Shown here: piece by piece, positions 1 to 9,246 of the stretch
How the letters are laid out: each line of letters begins with the position of its first letter
How positions within the stretch are numbered: the stretch's first letter is position 1
From: Promethearchaeota archaeon
GTDB taxonomy: Archaea; Asgardarchaeota; Lokiarchaeia; Sigyniarchaeales; SOKP01
Direction of reading: 5' to 3'
DNA length: 22,267 nt
NCBI GenBank assembly: GCA_048940445.1
Contig: JBHLON010000044.1
Span: 1 to 22,267 of the forward strand
The notes under the pieces: generated by a model
The model's database searches: none
Told to the model about the DNA's origin: nothing
The model's input: the letters and a program-made list of their open reading frames with translations, nothing else
Translations under genes and position numbers: made by a program

Positions 1-189
1 TAAGATTCTACGTCCTAGCAATTCTTTCTTAATTTCATCAATTTGCTCTAATGATGAGAAATCATACTTTTTAATTAGGAAACTCTGTTTTAGCGAAGAA
101 AGATCTCTCGAGAAACCCATTGTCTCTTCGGGGGAACCAAGGAGTTCTTCATCAACTTTTTTCCAAAATCTGCCCAATTTAGAGATCAC
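1..189 (-). CDS. sepF: SepF-like cell division protein, N-terminal part (runs off the window's left edge)
   Basis: Not in the ORF track. Manual translation from GTG at 189 (alternative TTG at 195) gives MISKLGRFWKKVDEELLGSPEETMGFSRDLSSLKQSFLIKKYDFSSLEQIDEIKKELLGRRIL, open to the edge. The amphipathic N-terminus followed by 'IKKYDFSSLEQIDEIKKELLGRRIL' resembles the start of the archaeal SepF core. Confidence 0.55.
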   Translation of the reverse strand, partial: MISKLGRFWKKVDEELLGSPEETMGFSRDLSSLKQSFLIKKYDFSSLEQIDEIKKELLGRRIL

Positions 190-530
190 TACCAATTTTA
201 CTTTTAAATATCTTACGTTAAAAATGTATGTGGGTTAATATTTAAATTAAAAAGTTATCTGCGTGTATATTTATCAAATATAGATGTATTATTTAGAAAA
301 CATATAATCTAATTATTGTATGCTAATATTGTTAAATTACTCTTTATTAATCTAACTTATTTTAGAGATATAAAGAAAAATTTTCCACTTTAAATATAAT
401 AATATGCACATAACATTATTTTTCCAACAACGTCTAATTTTTTAAATCTTTACTGAGATAAACCCTTATTTACTACAATTCATAAAATTAATCATAATAA
501 AATCAAAAAACAAAATGTAGAATAAAAATT

Positions 531-989
531 ATGAGCGAAAAAATTATTGTAGCAAATAAAGGATTAGTAAGAGCAGAGTTTAACTTTTGGGTAGGTCTTT
601 ATATGGATAAATTTTATAAGGCTCTTGAGAATAGAAAAATTATTGGAAACAAATGCTCTAAATGTGGCGATGTATTTGTTCCGCCGAGAAAGGTATGTGG
701 AAAATGTAATTCTATCATTCCTCTTGATGATAATTGGGTGAATTTACCTGATACTGGAACACTTATAAATTACACAATAACTCCTTATCGAGTCAATGAT
801 AGAAGTCATAGGAAGGCTAAACCACATATAATCGGAATGATAAGAATTGACGGAAGCAGTACAGCATTAATTTATAGACTATTAAATTTAAATCCTGAAG
901 AAATTGAAATTGGAATGAAATTAAAAGTTGAATGGCAGGATCAATTAAAAGGAGATCCTTCAGATATAAAAGGTTTTGTGAAATTTTAG
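531..989 (+). CDS. DUF35 family Zn-ribbon/OB-fold protein (acyl-CoA-binding thiolase/aldolase partner)
   Basis: CSKC...PPRKVCGKC zinc ribbon followed by an OB fold (GTLINYT...IGMKLKVEW); adjacent to thiolase-fold genes. Confidence 0.92.
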   Translation: MSEKIIVANKGLVRAEFNFWVGLYMDKFYKALENRKIIGNKCSKCGDVFVPPRKVCGKCNSIIPLDDNWVNLPDTGTLINYTITPYRVNDRSHRKAKPHIIGMIRIDGSSTALIYRLLNLNPEEIEIGMKLKVEWQDQLKGDPSDIKGFVKF

Positions 990-995
990 GGAGGT
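990..995 (+). promoter_or_regulatory. Shine-Dalgarno site for the gene at 1004
   Basis: GGAGGT 8 nt upstream of the GTG start. Confidence 0.7.
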
Positions 996-1003
996 AAGGA
1001 AAG

Positions 1004-2146
1004 GTGGAAAAAGTAGGAATAGTTGGATATAATCAGGTAAAATTATATTCAGATGCTAACTACGGACGTTATGAAATGATTTTTGAAGCAGTAAGAGGAG
1101 CGATTGACAATGCTGGTTTAAAGAAAAAAGATATTACGACTGTAATTTCTTGTACTAATGATTATTATGATGGTCGAACAATATCAAACTGCTTTACTGT
1201 AGAAGTAGGTGGAGGTTATTTAGCTGATGAGAGTAAAGTAGAGATGGATGGTGCTCATGCTGTATTGTATGGAATGATGAGGATTTTATCTGGGAATCAT
1301 AAACTTGCGGTAATTTGGGGTGGAAGTATGGCATCATGTTTTCCCTATCATTCAACACGATTATATGAAACAGATCCTATATGGGAAAGGCAATTAGGGT
1401 ATGTTAATGATATTACTGCGGCAGGATTTCAAATGAGGGCTTATATGGAGAAATATGGAATCTCAATTGAGGATATAGCAAAAGTAGCAGTAAAAAATAG
1501 AACAAATGCTGTTAAAAATCCTCTTGCTTTAAAAGAGGCTCAAAATCAAAATATTACTGTTAAAGATGTTCTAGAATCAGAAGTTTATGCTGATCCAGTT
1601 ACAGAATTAATGGTCGCTCAACCTTGCGATGGAGTCGCTGCTATTTTGTTAGCTCCAGAAAAACAAGCCTTAAAGATAACAGATAGTCCTGTTTGGATTA
1701 CTGGGGTAGGTTGGAACCAAGATACTTATTATCTTGGTGATAGAGATTTATCTTCATGCAAATCAATGGAATTAGCAGGAAGAATGGCGTTTCAAACAGC
1801 AAATATTACGAATCCAAGAAAAGAAATAGATGTGGCAGAAATATTTGAAAATTATGCTCATGAAGAATTAATCTTTACTGAAGCTCTAGGCTTAGCAGAT
1901 AAAGGCAACGGTCCAAATTTAAATTCTGATATAAATGGTGATTTACCAGTTAACCCTTCTGGAGGAGCAATTGGAGGAAATCCTCCTTGTGGTACTGGTT
2001 TAATTAGAATAATAGAAGCCACTAAACAATTGAGAGGAGAAGCTGGAAGTTATCAAATTGAAAATGCTAACAAAGCTATTGCTTCAGGACAAATAGGCAT
2101 GTGTGCTCAGAATAGTATAGTATATGTATTGGAAGGAGGTACATAA
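1004..2146 (+). CDS. Thiolase-superfamily (SCP-x type) protein, Ltp4-like, lacking the N-terminal catalytic Cys
   Basis: Motifs PCDGVAAILL, DVAEIFENY and LPVNPSGG. The usual nucleophile segment reads ESKVEMDGAHA with no Cys, as in actinobacterial Ltp4. GTG start. Confidence 0.85.
   Translation: MEKVGIVGYNQVKLYSDANYGRYEMIFEAVRGAIDNAGLKKKDITTVISCTNDYYDGRTISNCFTVEVGGGYLADESKVEMDGAHAVLYGMMRILSGNHKLAVIWGGSMASCFPYHSTRLYETDPIWERQLGYVNDITAAGFQMRAYMEKYGISIEDIAKVAVKNRTNAVKNPLALKEAQNQNITVKDVLESEVYADPVTELMVAQPCDGVAAILLAPEKQALKITDSPVWITGVGWNQDTYYLGDRDLSSCKSMELAGRMAFQTANITNPRKEIDVAEIFENYAHEELIFTEALGLADKGNGPNLNSDINGDLPVNPSGGAIGGNPPCGTGLIRIIEATKQLRGEAGSYQIENANKAIASGQIGMCAQNSIVYVLEGGT
2135..2140 (+). promoter_or_regulatory. 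Shine-Dalgarno site for the gene at 2149
   Basis: GGAGGT 8 nt upstream of ATG, within the end of the upstream gene. Confidence 0.7.
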
Positions 2147-2148
2147 AT

Positions 2149-3396
2149 ATGGGAAGACAAGTAGCAATAGTTTCTGCAGGATTTAGTGAACATGCCTCGA
2201 AAAGATCAGATGTAAATATGGCTGAATTGGTGAATGAGGCAATACAGGATTGTCTAAAGAAAGTACCGAGTTTAGATTTTGAAGATATAGATGCCTCGGT
2301 AAATGGTAATATGCCAGCATTTGAAGGGTCAAATATTCCTGAACTATGGATGACTGATTGGATGGGAGTAAGAAATAAACCATTAATGAGAGTTACTACC
2401 GGTGGAACTACTGGAGGGACTATAGCTATTGCAGGATATTACACAGTTACAGCCGGAATTCCGGGAATTGACACTGTTTTAGCAGTTGCATTTGAACAGC
2501 AGTCTCAAGGAGATACTAGCGTAGGTTTAGCTAGCGTAGCTTATGGAGAAATTTCCGTTCTTAATACTTTAGGAATTTCTTATGAACAATTGACCCGTTT
2601 ACTTTCAGCAGGAGCTGCAATAGGCGTAGCGGCATATCAAGCAACCACCTATATGAATAAAGCAAGAATAACAGAAGAAGATTTAGCAAGGGTTGTGGTA
2701 CAAAATAGACATAATGCTGCAAAAACTTGGTGGGCTCATTTAAAAATGCCTGATCTCACGATTGCAGATGTACTTGATACACCTTATATTCAATTTCCTC
2801 TTAGGTACGGAATGGTTTGTCCCGCTTCAGATGGAGCATGTGCAATGTTATTTACTACTGAAGAAAAAGCTAAAGATATTTGTGATATCCCAGTTTATGT
2901 AAATGGAGTAGCAAGTGTTGCTAATGAATCAGCAGTCTTGGGTTATGATGGTAGCGGTTCAGCTCAAGTAGATCCATCTATGCAATTAGGTGCTATGCGA
3001 TCATCTAAATTAGCATATAACCAGGCAGGAATTTCTTTTCCAAGAAAAGAGATCGATTATGCAGAAGTTTATTCTCCATTTCCTAATCAAGAACTGATGT
3101 GGGTTGAAAAATTGGGGTTATTTGAAGAAACAACAGCACCTTTAATGTATGAGACGGGGGTTACCTCCTTAAATGGAGAATTACCAATTAATTGTTCTGG
3201 TGGTGTAAATTCAACAAATGCAATTGGAGCTTCTGCTATGGAAAGACCTGCAGAGGCAGCTCTGCAAATTATGGGAAAAGCTAGTAATCAAGTATCAAAA
3301 GCTGTGCACACTGCTATAGGGCATGGATGGGGCGGTAGTCTGAACCTTTGTACCTTAATGGTTATGTCTGATGAACCACAACGAAAATGGAGGTGA
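2149..3396 (+). CDS. Thiolase-superfamily (SCP-x type) protein, Ltp3-like, lacking the N-terminal catalytic Cys
   Basis: Motifs CPASDGACA, AEVYSPF, LPINCSGG and AIGHGWGG. The nucleophile segment reads KPLMRVTTGGTTGG with no Cys, as in Ltp3. Confidence 0.85.
   Translation: MGRQVAIVSAGFSEHASKRSDVNMAELVNEAIQDCLKKVPSLDFEDIDASVNGNMPAFEGSNIPELWMTDWMGVRNKPLMRVTTGGTTGGTIAIAGYYTVTAGIPGIDTVLAVAFEQQSQGDTSVGLASVAYGEISVLNTLGISYEQLTRLLSAGAAIGVAAYQATTYMNKARITEEDLARVVVQNRHNAAKTWWAHLKMPDLTIADVLDTPYIQFPLRYGMVCPASDGACAMLFTTEEKAKDICDIPVYVNGVASVANESAVLGYDGSGSAQVDPSMQLGAMRSSKLAYNQAGISFPRKEIDYAEVYSPFPNQELMWVEKLGLFEETTAPLMYETGVTSLNGELPINCSGGVNSTNAIGASAMERPAEAALQIMGKASNQVSKAVHTAIGHGWGGSLNLCTLMVMSDEPQRKWR
3389..3396 (+). 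promoter_or_regulatory. Shine-Dalgarno site overlapping the upstream stop codon
   Basis: GGAGGTGA, whose TGA is the thiolase stop, 6 nt upstream of ATG 3403. Confidence 0.7.
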
Positions 3397-3402
3397 AAAA
3401 AA

Positions 3403-3930
3403 ATGTCAAAAATGACCCAAAGAAAATCACTAAATTATATTAAGAAAGAGTATCCCAGAACCCGCACAATGCCAGCAAATTGGTATTTAACAAGTTACAA
3501 ATATAAGTTTAACATAACACATATGAAACCTTTTTTAGAGAAATTAAAAGAAAACAAGCTTATTGGAAATCAATGTTCTGGATGTAATAGAGTTTTTTAT
3601 CCTCCAAGGTTAGTATGTGGAGAATGTTTACTTAAACCAGATAAGTGGGTAGATATAAGAGATACTGCTACCGTATCTACTTATGCAATTGCATATTTGA
3701 AGGATCCCGAGACGGGTAATATATTAGAGCGCCCTATGATTTTAGCACATCATGATGGAGCAGATACTGTAAGTTTTGCAGAACTAAATCCTGATATAAA
3801 TGTTAAAGATACCTATGTTGGGATGCCAATTAAAGCTCATTGGAGAGAAGAAAAGACGGGTGGACTTATGGATATTGAATACTATGATAAAATTAAAGAT
3901 GATGCAAGAGATTTAAAATCAAAAGAATAA
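3403..3930 (+). CDS. DUF35 family Zn-ribbon/OB-fold protein
   Basis: CSGC...YPPRLVCGEC plus OB fold ending VGMPIKAHW; paralogous to 531..989. Confidence 0.92.
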   Translation: MSKMTQRKSLNYIKKEYPRTRTMPANWYLTSYKYKFNITHMKPFLEKLKENKLIGNQCSGCNRVFYPPRLVCGECLLKPDKWVDIRDTATVSTYAIAYLKDPETGNILERPMILAHHDGADTVSFAELNPDINVKDTYVGMPIKAHWREEKTGGLMDIEYYDKIKDDARDLKSKE

Positions 3931-3950
3931 TTTCTCAAAATTTTTTTCTC

Positions 3951-5615
3951 TTATTTTAAAATTAAACCCTCAAATGGATGTATTTTCATATCCAGATGAC
4001 GCTTATTTAGTGTGTTCTCATTATATAGGGTAGAAAAAAGTATCTTACTTACGTACTCAGGGTAAGTGATTAATAAATCTTTTTTAGTAAAATTTAAGTA
4101 AATATATATTTGATCCTCTTCGATATATCTACGATAAGCTAAATAATCATTTTTTTTAACATCTATGAATTCAAATAATCCCTCAGATAATACCTTATTT
4201 TCCTTACGAATTTTTAATAAATATCTGTAAGTATTCAATAATGAATTTGGATCATCTTCTTCTTTTTCAACATTAACTTCCTTATATGAATCTGGTATTC
4301 TTAACCAAGGTTTAGCTATATCACTTACACTAAAACCAACATTAGGTTCAGAATTCCATTGCATAGGAGTCCTGCATCTATCACGTGACAATGAAAATCC
4401 TAATATTTTTGCCAAAAAAGGAATGGGAAAGTAGGATAATTTATGAGCTATAGGATCTTGACTCTCTTCTAAAGTAAAATCGACATTTGACATGCCTATT
4501 TCTTCTCCATAATAGATAAATGGTATTCCCCTTAAAGTGAGCTGCAGTGCCGCCAAGAGTTTTGCTTTTTGTATATCATTATTTATAAGGGAAATATAAC
4601 GGTCTCTATCATGATTCCCGTATACATAAGTTGGTGTATAAGGAAATCGTACTGCCTTTTCTATACGAGAAATTACACTTCCAAACTTTTTAGGGTTAAA
4701 AGATGAAATTTTTGAAGTAAATTCAAATAAAAAAACAGTGTGTAAACCATTATTATTCAAACCATAATATTTCGCAATGTCTTCTATGGTTCCAAATACC
4801 TCGCCTATTAAAAACCTATCGGGTTCATATTCATTCATAACACTTCTTAATTCCATAGCAAATTCAAATGTTTCCGGAAGATTTAAATCAAATTTATGTT
4901 GATGAAATAATGTATCAACATGAGTATCTGAGGGTAATACCCTCCAACTTAATTTATCATTTCTTAGTTGTTCGTCTTCGTAAATTGAATGTAAAATGTC
5001 TAATCTAAATCCATCTACTCCTTTGTCAAGCCAAAATCTCATCATATTAAACATTTCTTTCTTGACTTCCGGATTTCGGTAATTTAAATCTGGTTGGAAT
5101 GGTAAGAAATGAAAGTAATACCATTGATCAGTTGATTTATCATATTTCCATGCTGGTCCACCCGTCATAGATTTCCAATTATTTGGAGGTTTTTTGCCAT
5201 TAGGCTTTTTTCCATCACGCCAGATATACCAATCCCGTTTAGGATTATTTTTATTTGAAGCTGACTCCTTAAACCATGGATGCTCACTCGAGGTGTGATT
5301 AAGTACAAGATCTAAAACCATCTTCATATTTCTATCGTGAATCTCTGAAAGTAGTTCATTAAAGTCATTCATAGTTCCATAAATGGGGTCTATAGATCGA
5401 AAATCTGAAATGTCATAACCGTGATCTTTTTGAGGAGATTTGAAGAATGGGCTAAACCAAATTGTCTCAACTCCAAGGTCTTTATCTAAATAGTCTAGTT
5501 TCTCAATTATGCCTTTAATATCTCCTACACCATTACCAGTTGTATCTCTAAAACTTCTGGGATAAATTTGATATGTAACTGTTTTTTGCCACCATTTTAT
5601 TTTATCCTTATTCAT
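3951..5615 (-). CDS. GH13 alpha-glucosidase / oligo-1,6-glucosidase family
   Basis: WWQKTVTYQIYPRSF, DLVLNHTS, QPDLN, catalytic GFRLD / GEV / NHD, YYGEEIGM and RDRCRTPMQW. Confidence 0.95.
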   Translation of the reverse strand: MNKDKIKWWQKTVTYQIYPRSFRDTTGNGVGDIKGIIEKLDYLDKDLGVETIWFSPFFKSPQKDHGYDISDFRSIDPIYGTMNDFNELLSEIHDRNMKMVLDLVLNHTSSEHPWFKESASNKNNPKRDWYIWRDGKKPNGKKPPNNWKSMTGGPAWKYDKSTDQWYYFHFLPFQPDLNYRNPEVKKEMFNMMRFWLDKGVDGFRLDILHSIYEDEQLRNDKLSWRVLPSDTHVDTLFHQHKFDLNLPETFEFAMELRSVMNEYEPDRFLIGEVFGTIEDIAKYYGLNNNGLHTVFLFEFTSKISSFNPKKFGSVISRIEKAVRFPYTPTYVYGNHDRDRYISLINNDIQKAKLLAALQLTLRGIPFIYYGEEIGMSNVDFTLEESQDPIAHKLSYFPIPFLAKILGFSLSRDRCRTPMQWNSEPNVGFSVSDIAKPWLRIPDSYKEVNVEKEEDDPNSLLNTYRYLLKIRKENKVLSEGLFEFIDVKKNDYLAYRRYIEEDQIYIYLNFTKKDLLITYPEYVSKILFSTLYNENTLNKRHLDMKIHPFEGLILK

Positions 5616-5682
5616 AGATTATTCAATTATTAAAACCATAAAACCTTTTTTCATTCCTATAAAATCTAAATTAGATTTTTGG

Positions 5683-5696
5683 GAAAAGTATAAATT
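5683..5696 (+). promoter_or_regulatory. Putative BRE-TATA promoter for the nitroreductase (probably leaderless)
   Basis: GAAAAG-TATAAAT about 30 nt upstream of ATG 5721. The AT-rich background limits certainty. Confidence 0.45.
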
Positions 5697-5720
5697 ACTT
5701 TTAATAAATTAATATAAATT

Positions 5721-6242
5721 ATGGAATCAATGACTGAATTTATTAAATCAAGAAAGAGTATAAGGAATTTTGTATATCAAAAGATTGATAATGATACAAT
5801 AAAGGAAATATTAGAGTGTGGTCGTTGGGCACCATCAGGTCAAAATAATCAACCTTGGAAAGTTTGCGTTGTTATTCATCCAACTGTTAAAAGAATGATT
5901 GCTGAACAGACTCAATATGGAGGTATTATTGAAAGTGCTTATGTCAATTTTGTTATATTTTTAGATCTTGAACGGTGTTATGACAGAACAAAAGATCTTC
6001 AATCTATAGGTGCATTTATAGAAAATATACTTTTGGCAATTCATGCAAAAGGATTGGGAGGAGTTTGGATAGGAGAAATTTTAAAAAATAAGGAAAAGAT
6101 AAATGAAATTTTCAAACTAGCAACAGAAAAGCATGAACTTATGTGTGTCATAAGTTTTGGAGTAATTGATGAACCTTTGGAAGGCAAAAGTAAAGAACCA
6201 AGAGAAAGGAGAACTATAGATGAATTTATTGATTGGTATTGA
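5721..6242 (+). CDS. Nitroreductase family flavoprotein
   Basis: SRKSIRNF, WAPSGQNNQPW and LLAIHAKGLGGVWIG FMN-binding motifs. Confidence 0.93.
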   Translation: MESMTEFIKSRKSIRNFVYQKIDNDTIKEILECGRWAPSGQNNQPWKVCVVIHPTVKRMIAEQTQYGGIIESAYVNFVIFLDLERCYDRTKDLQSIGAFIENILLAIHAKGLGGVWIGEILKNKEKINEIFKLATEKHELMCVISFGVIDEPLEGKSKEPRERRTIDEFIDWY

Positions 6243-6430
6243 ATTTGGACAAACTTCATAGTATTACATGAATGTAATCCCAATCAAAAAAATCTTCTTC
6301 TATATTATAGATATTAGAGAATCCACTTGCTTACATAACCTTATTATCAGATAAAAAGCTTACGTATGCTTATTCAACTTTTAAGTAAAAAATTGGAATA
6401 CTAGATTATGATGTAGTTTAATGATATATT

Positions 6431-7078
6431 TTATCTCCAGAAATGAAAAATCCCCGAAAAGATAGGCCCTATCCAATAATAGAAGGCAACCCAAAATTGA
6501 TAAGTAAATCCAAGATATAAGATAGCATATATAATGGCAAAAATGAAACCGAATATTACATCCACTGGAAAGTGAACACCTAATATTAATCGTGAAATAG
6601 CCATTATGATGTTAAGACAAAAAAAAATAATCAATATAACCCAACTATTAAAAAACCAGGCAAAAATTATTCCAAAAAACAAGAAGAACGTTACATGGCC
6701 ACTTGGAAATGATTTTTGTTCAGATTCTGACATTAAATAAGGTATTCGTATAAAGTCATCATGTTTTTTAACTCCCATGCTTTCAAGTGTGATATAAGGA
6801 CGCTTCCTTCTTATTAAACGATATCGAATTATACTATGGATAATTATTGATTGGTCAAAACCTCCAGTGAAAATGACTAATAGATAATAATCTTTTGTTA
6901 TATAACCATAGATGAACCAAGCCAACCAGATTATGCCCCAGAAATATAAACTTCCGAAAAAACTGAAAATTTTAGCAAAAGTTTTAGTCCGTCTACTAAA
7001 ATCACTATTATATAAGCTTAGAAAAACCTTAGTATCCCAATGCTCAATTTTTTCAATATATTCTGAGATAATTGACAT
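6431..7078 (-). CDS. PAP2 family membrane phosphatase
   Basis: RKRP, SFPSGH and SRLILGVHFPVDV motifs; several transmembrane helices. Confidence 0.92.
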   Translation of the reverse strand: MSIISEYIEKIEHWDTKVFLSLYNSDFSRRTKTFAKIFSFFGSLYFWGIIWLAWFIYGYITKDYYLLVIFTGGFDQSIIIHSIIRYRLIRRKRPYITLESMGVKKHDDFIRIPYLMSESEQKSFPSGHVTFFLFFGIIFAWFFNSWVILIIFFCLNIIMAISRLILGVHFPVDVIFGFIFAIIYAILYLGFTYQFWVAFYYWIGPIFSGIFHFWR

Positions 7079-7301
7079 CGTAATTGGAGATAGCTTTTAG
7101 GATGATTTTCTAATATAAGAAGCATTATTAAAATATTCTCCTACAATTACTAATTTTGATATTTTTAATCATCTTGATAAGATTTTTTTGAAAAAGGAGT
7201 CTTATATCCATGTTTATATAGAATAAACCACATATCTTATCTGTAAAATAAAGTCTCCATAATTTTATAGAATAAAAGAATAAAGATAAATTGATAAAAA
7301 A

Positions 7302-7814
7302 ATGGTTGTGAATAACTATAACGGATTTTCAGAAGAACACTTACGAAGAATTGCTTTGAAAAAAATATACTTCAGAATGTCAGTAAAAATCCATCTAGCA
7401 ATTTTTATTATAATTAATTTATTACTACTTGTCATAAATCTAATTTTTACACCCACAATTATATGGGTAACTTATCCCCTTTTTGGTTGGCTTATAGGGT
7501 TAGCAGAACATGGAACAGCCTATATTATTTATGCTAGAGGGATTTATCCAAGCTCTAAAAGAGGAATCATTTTTCATATAGTAGCATTTATATTCGTTAT
7601 GTTATATCTTCTCATTATAAACATATCATCATCACCCTCTTATTATTGGGTTTTATTTCCAACAATTTTTTGGAGTGCTGCTTTAGGTATGCATTTAATC
7701 ATATATTTAATATTTTATCACTCTTCTAAATATGAAAAAGATGTATTAAAGTCAAGAACTCAGCGTGCTGTTGAGAAGGAATTAGAAAAAATGAAAAAGA
7801 AAATGGCTAAGTAA
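7302..7814 (+). CDS. Membrane protein with tandem 2TM domains
   Basis: Two repeats of H-x-(A/F)-hydrophobic...IN...W-xx-(Y/F)P-xxx-W-xxx-L-xx-H, followed by a charged tail (VEKELEK). Confidence 0.75.
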   Translation: MVVNNYNGFSEEHLRRIALKKIYFRMSVKIHLAIFIIINLLLLVINLIFTPTIIWVTYPLFGWLIGLAEHGTAYIIYARGIYPSSKRGIIFHIVAFIFVMLYLLIINISSSPSYYWVLFPTIFWSAALGMHLIIYLIFYHSSKYEKDVLKSRTQRAVEKELEKMKKKMAK

Positions 7815-7836
7815 GAGAATTCTAGGTGTTAATCAA

Positions 7837-8466
7837 ATGTGGCTTGGAAAATTTTTAAATATAGAAGATGATTTAAATGAATTAAAGAAAAAATTGAAGA
7901 AGGAAATCTTAAAGAATCTGACAAAGAGCAAAATAACACCTCTTGAATTTACAATAATAGAAACTATCTTTAATAATAAGGAATTATCTGGTTATGATCT
8001 TATATTGAACTTAAATAAACATTTCGCTGGTACATGGACTGCTCAATCAGGAACAATTTATCCCATCTTATCAAAATTGAAAAAAGAGGGTTTTCTAAAA
8101 TCTAGACCAGTTAAAAGTCCGATAGGCCCTATTAAGACAGTCTATTCTTTAACTGAAGCTGGAGCACAAATTCTTAAAAAAAAAGTTAATAAAAACTTTG
8201 AAGATCAAATAAATTTTATTGAGAATTTTATTGTTGAATTATCTTCTGTCTATATCCAATCTTTCCCTAAAAATGAAAGAAGTTTAAGAATTGAAGAAGT
8301 ACATGAAATTTTGCATCAAACTTTTGAGAAGATCAAAAAAAATATATTTCCAACTCTAAAATCTAAAATGTTATGTATAGATTGTGGTGCTGAAATAACT
8401 AAAGAAACCTCTTATTGTCCAAATTGTGGTACTTTAATAATACAAAATCAATATAATAAAGAATAA
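7837..8466 (+). CDS. PadR family transcriptional regulator with C-terminal zinc ribbon
   Basis: SGYDLI...GTIYPILSKLKKEG...YSLTEAG winged helix; C-terminal CIDC-x10-CPNCG. Confidence 0.9.
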   Translation: MWLGKFLNIEDDLNELKKKLKKEILKNLTKSKITPLEFTIIETIFNNKELSGYDLILNLNKHFAGTWTAQSGTIYPILSKLKKEGFLKSRPVKSPIGPIKTVYSLTEAGAQILKKKVNKNFEDQINFIENFIVELSSVYIQSFPKNERSLRIEEVHEILHQTFEKIKKNIFPTLKSKMLCIDCGAEITKETSYCPNCGTLIIQNQYNKE

Positions 8467-8583
8467 CATTATTTGCTTTTTAATTATAAAAAATTTGGTT
8501 AAGGAATTCTGAGGATAGAATTCAAAGAATCAGAATAAAAAAGAAGATTTATATAAGTTAAATTATAGTAATTTTTCTTCATT

Positions 8584-9147
8584 TTAAGCAAGTATAGCTA
8601 TAAAAAATGTAAAAACTACCATAATTATACCTGAAACTAAATATATTGTTCTCCAGTAAACCAATCCAAAAAAACTAAACATCAAAAACGGAATTAAAAT
8701 GTAGGACAGTATAATAACAATTGTAGATATTACTTTGATTCTATTCTCTTGCCCAATAAATAAATTTCTTGCGGTGAATTTCAGAGTTATAGGAATTGTA
8801 AACCCAAATAGTGCTCCACTAATTATAGTTAATATTATATAGAGATCAAGATAAGGTGTCACAGCGAAATAAATAAGAGTAATCCCTGTAATCACTAAAC
8901 TTAGTAACACAGTAAATATATTCGAGAGCTTTTCAGCATATCTAATACTTATCATAAATATAATAATAAACAAAATGAAGGAAATCGCAGTATAATTAGC
9001 AGTTGTGATAATTGAAATATACCACGAATAATAGTACTCAGGAATACCTATCGATGCAAATGAAATGAACGCATAAATTGGTCCCATAATTACACTAGAT
9101 AGCATAATTAATTTAACTACAAAATAAAAAATATTTTTATTAATCAT
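8584..9147 (-). CDS. Hypothetical multi-pass membrane protein (about 6 TM, possibly half-MFS-like)
   Basis: Hydrophobic throughout; the C-terminal 'WRTIYLVSG' resembles MFS helix 6. Confidence 0.6.
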   Translation of the reverse strand: MINKNIFYFVVKLIMLSSVIMGPIYAFISFASIGIPEYYYSWYISIITTANYTAISFILFIIIFMISIRYAEKLSNIFTVLLSLVITGITLIYFAVTPYLDLYIILTIISGALFGFTIPITLKFTARNLFIGQENRIKVISTIVIILSYILIPFLMFSFFGLVYWRTIYLVSGIIMVVFTFFIAILA

Positions 9148-9211
9148 AAAAATTATTTATATTGAATTCTTTAAAATTTTTTTGAAAATCAGAGCAGTCA
9201 AAATTTACTAG

Positions 9212-9225
9212 TAAAAGTTTATAAA
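9212..9225 (+). promoter_or_regulatory. Putative BRE-TATA promoter for the 699-aa gene
   Basis: TAAAAG-TTTATAAA ending 21 nt before ATG 9247; no SD visible. Confidence 0.5.
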
Positions 9226-9246
9226 GTTTTTAATATAAAAATTATT

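Noticed and set aside
190-530. AT-rich intergenic region as an origin, CRISPR array or ncRNA
   Set aside because: No regular direct repeats, ORB-like G-strings or GC-rich stems. It is adequately explained as a divergent promoter region.
2183-2383. 66-aa antisense ORF
   Set aside because: Lies within a well-supported thiolase gene on the opposite strand; no motifs.
531-3930. Archaeal mevalonate thiolase / HMG-CoA synthase / DUF35 complex
   Set aside because: No HMG-CoA synthase in the cluster, and both thiolase-fold proteins lack the catalytic Cys.
6041-7100. Antisense ORFs 6041..6283 and 6912..7100
   Set aside because: Shadows of the nitroreductase and PAP2 genes.
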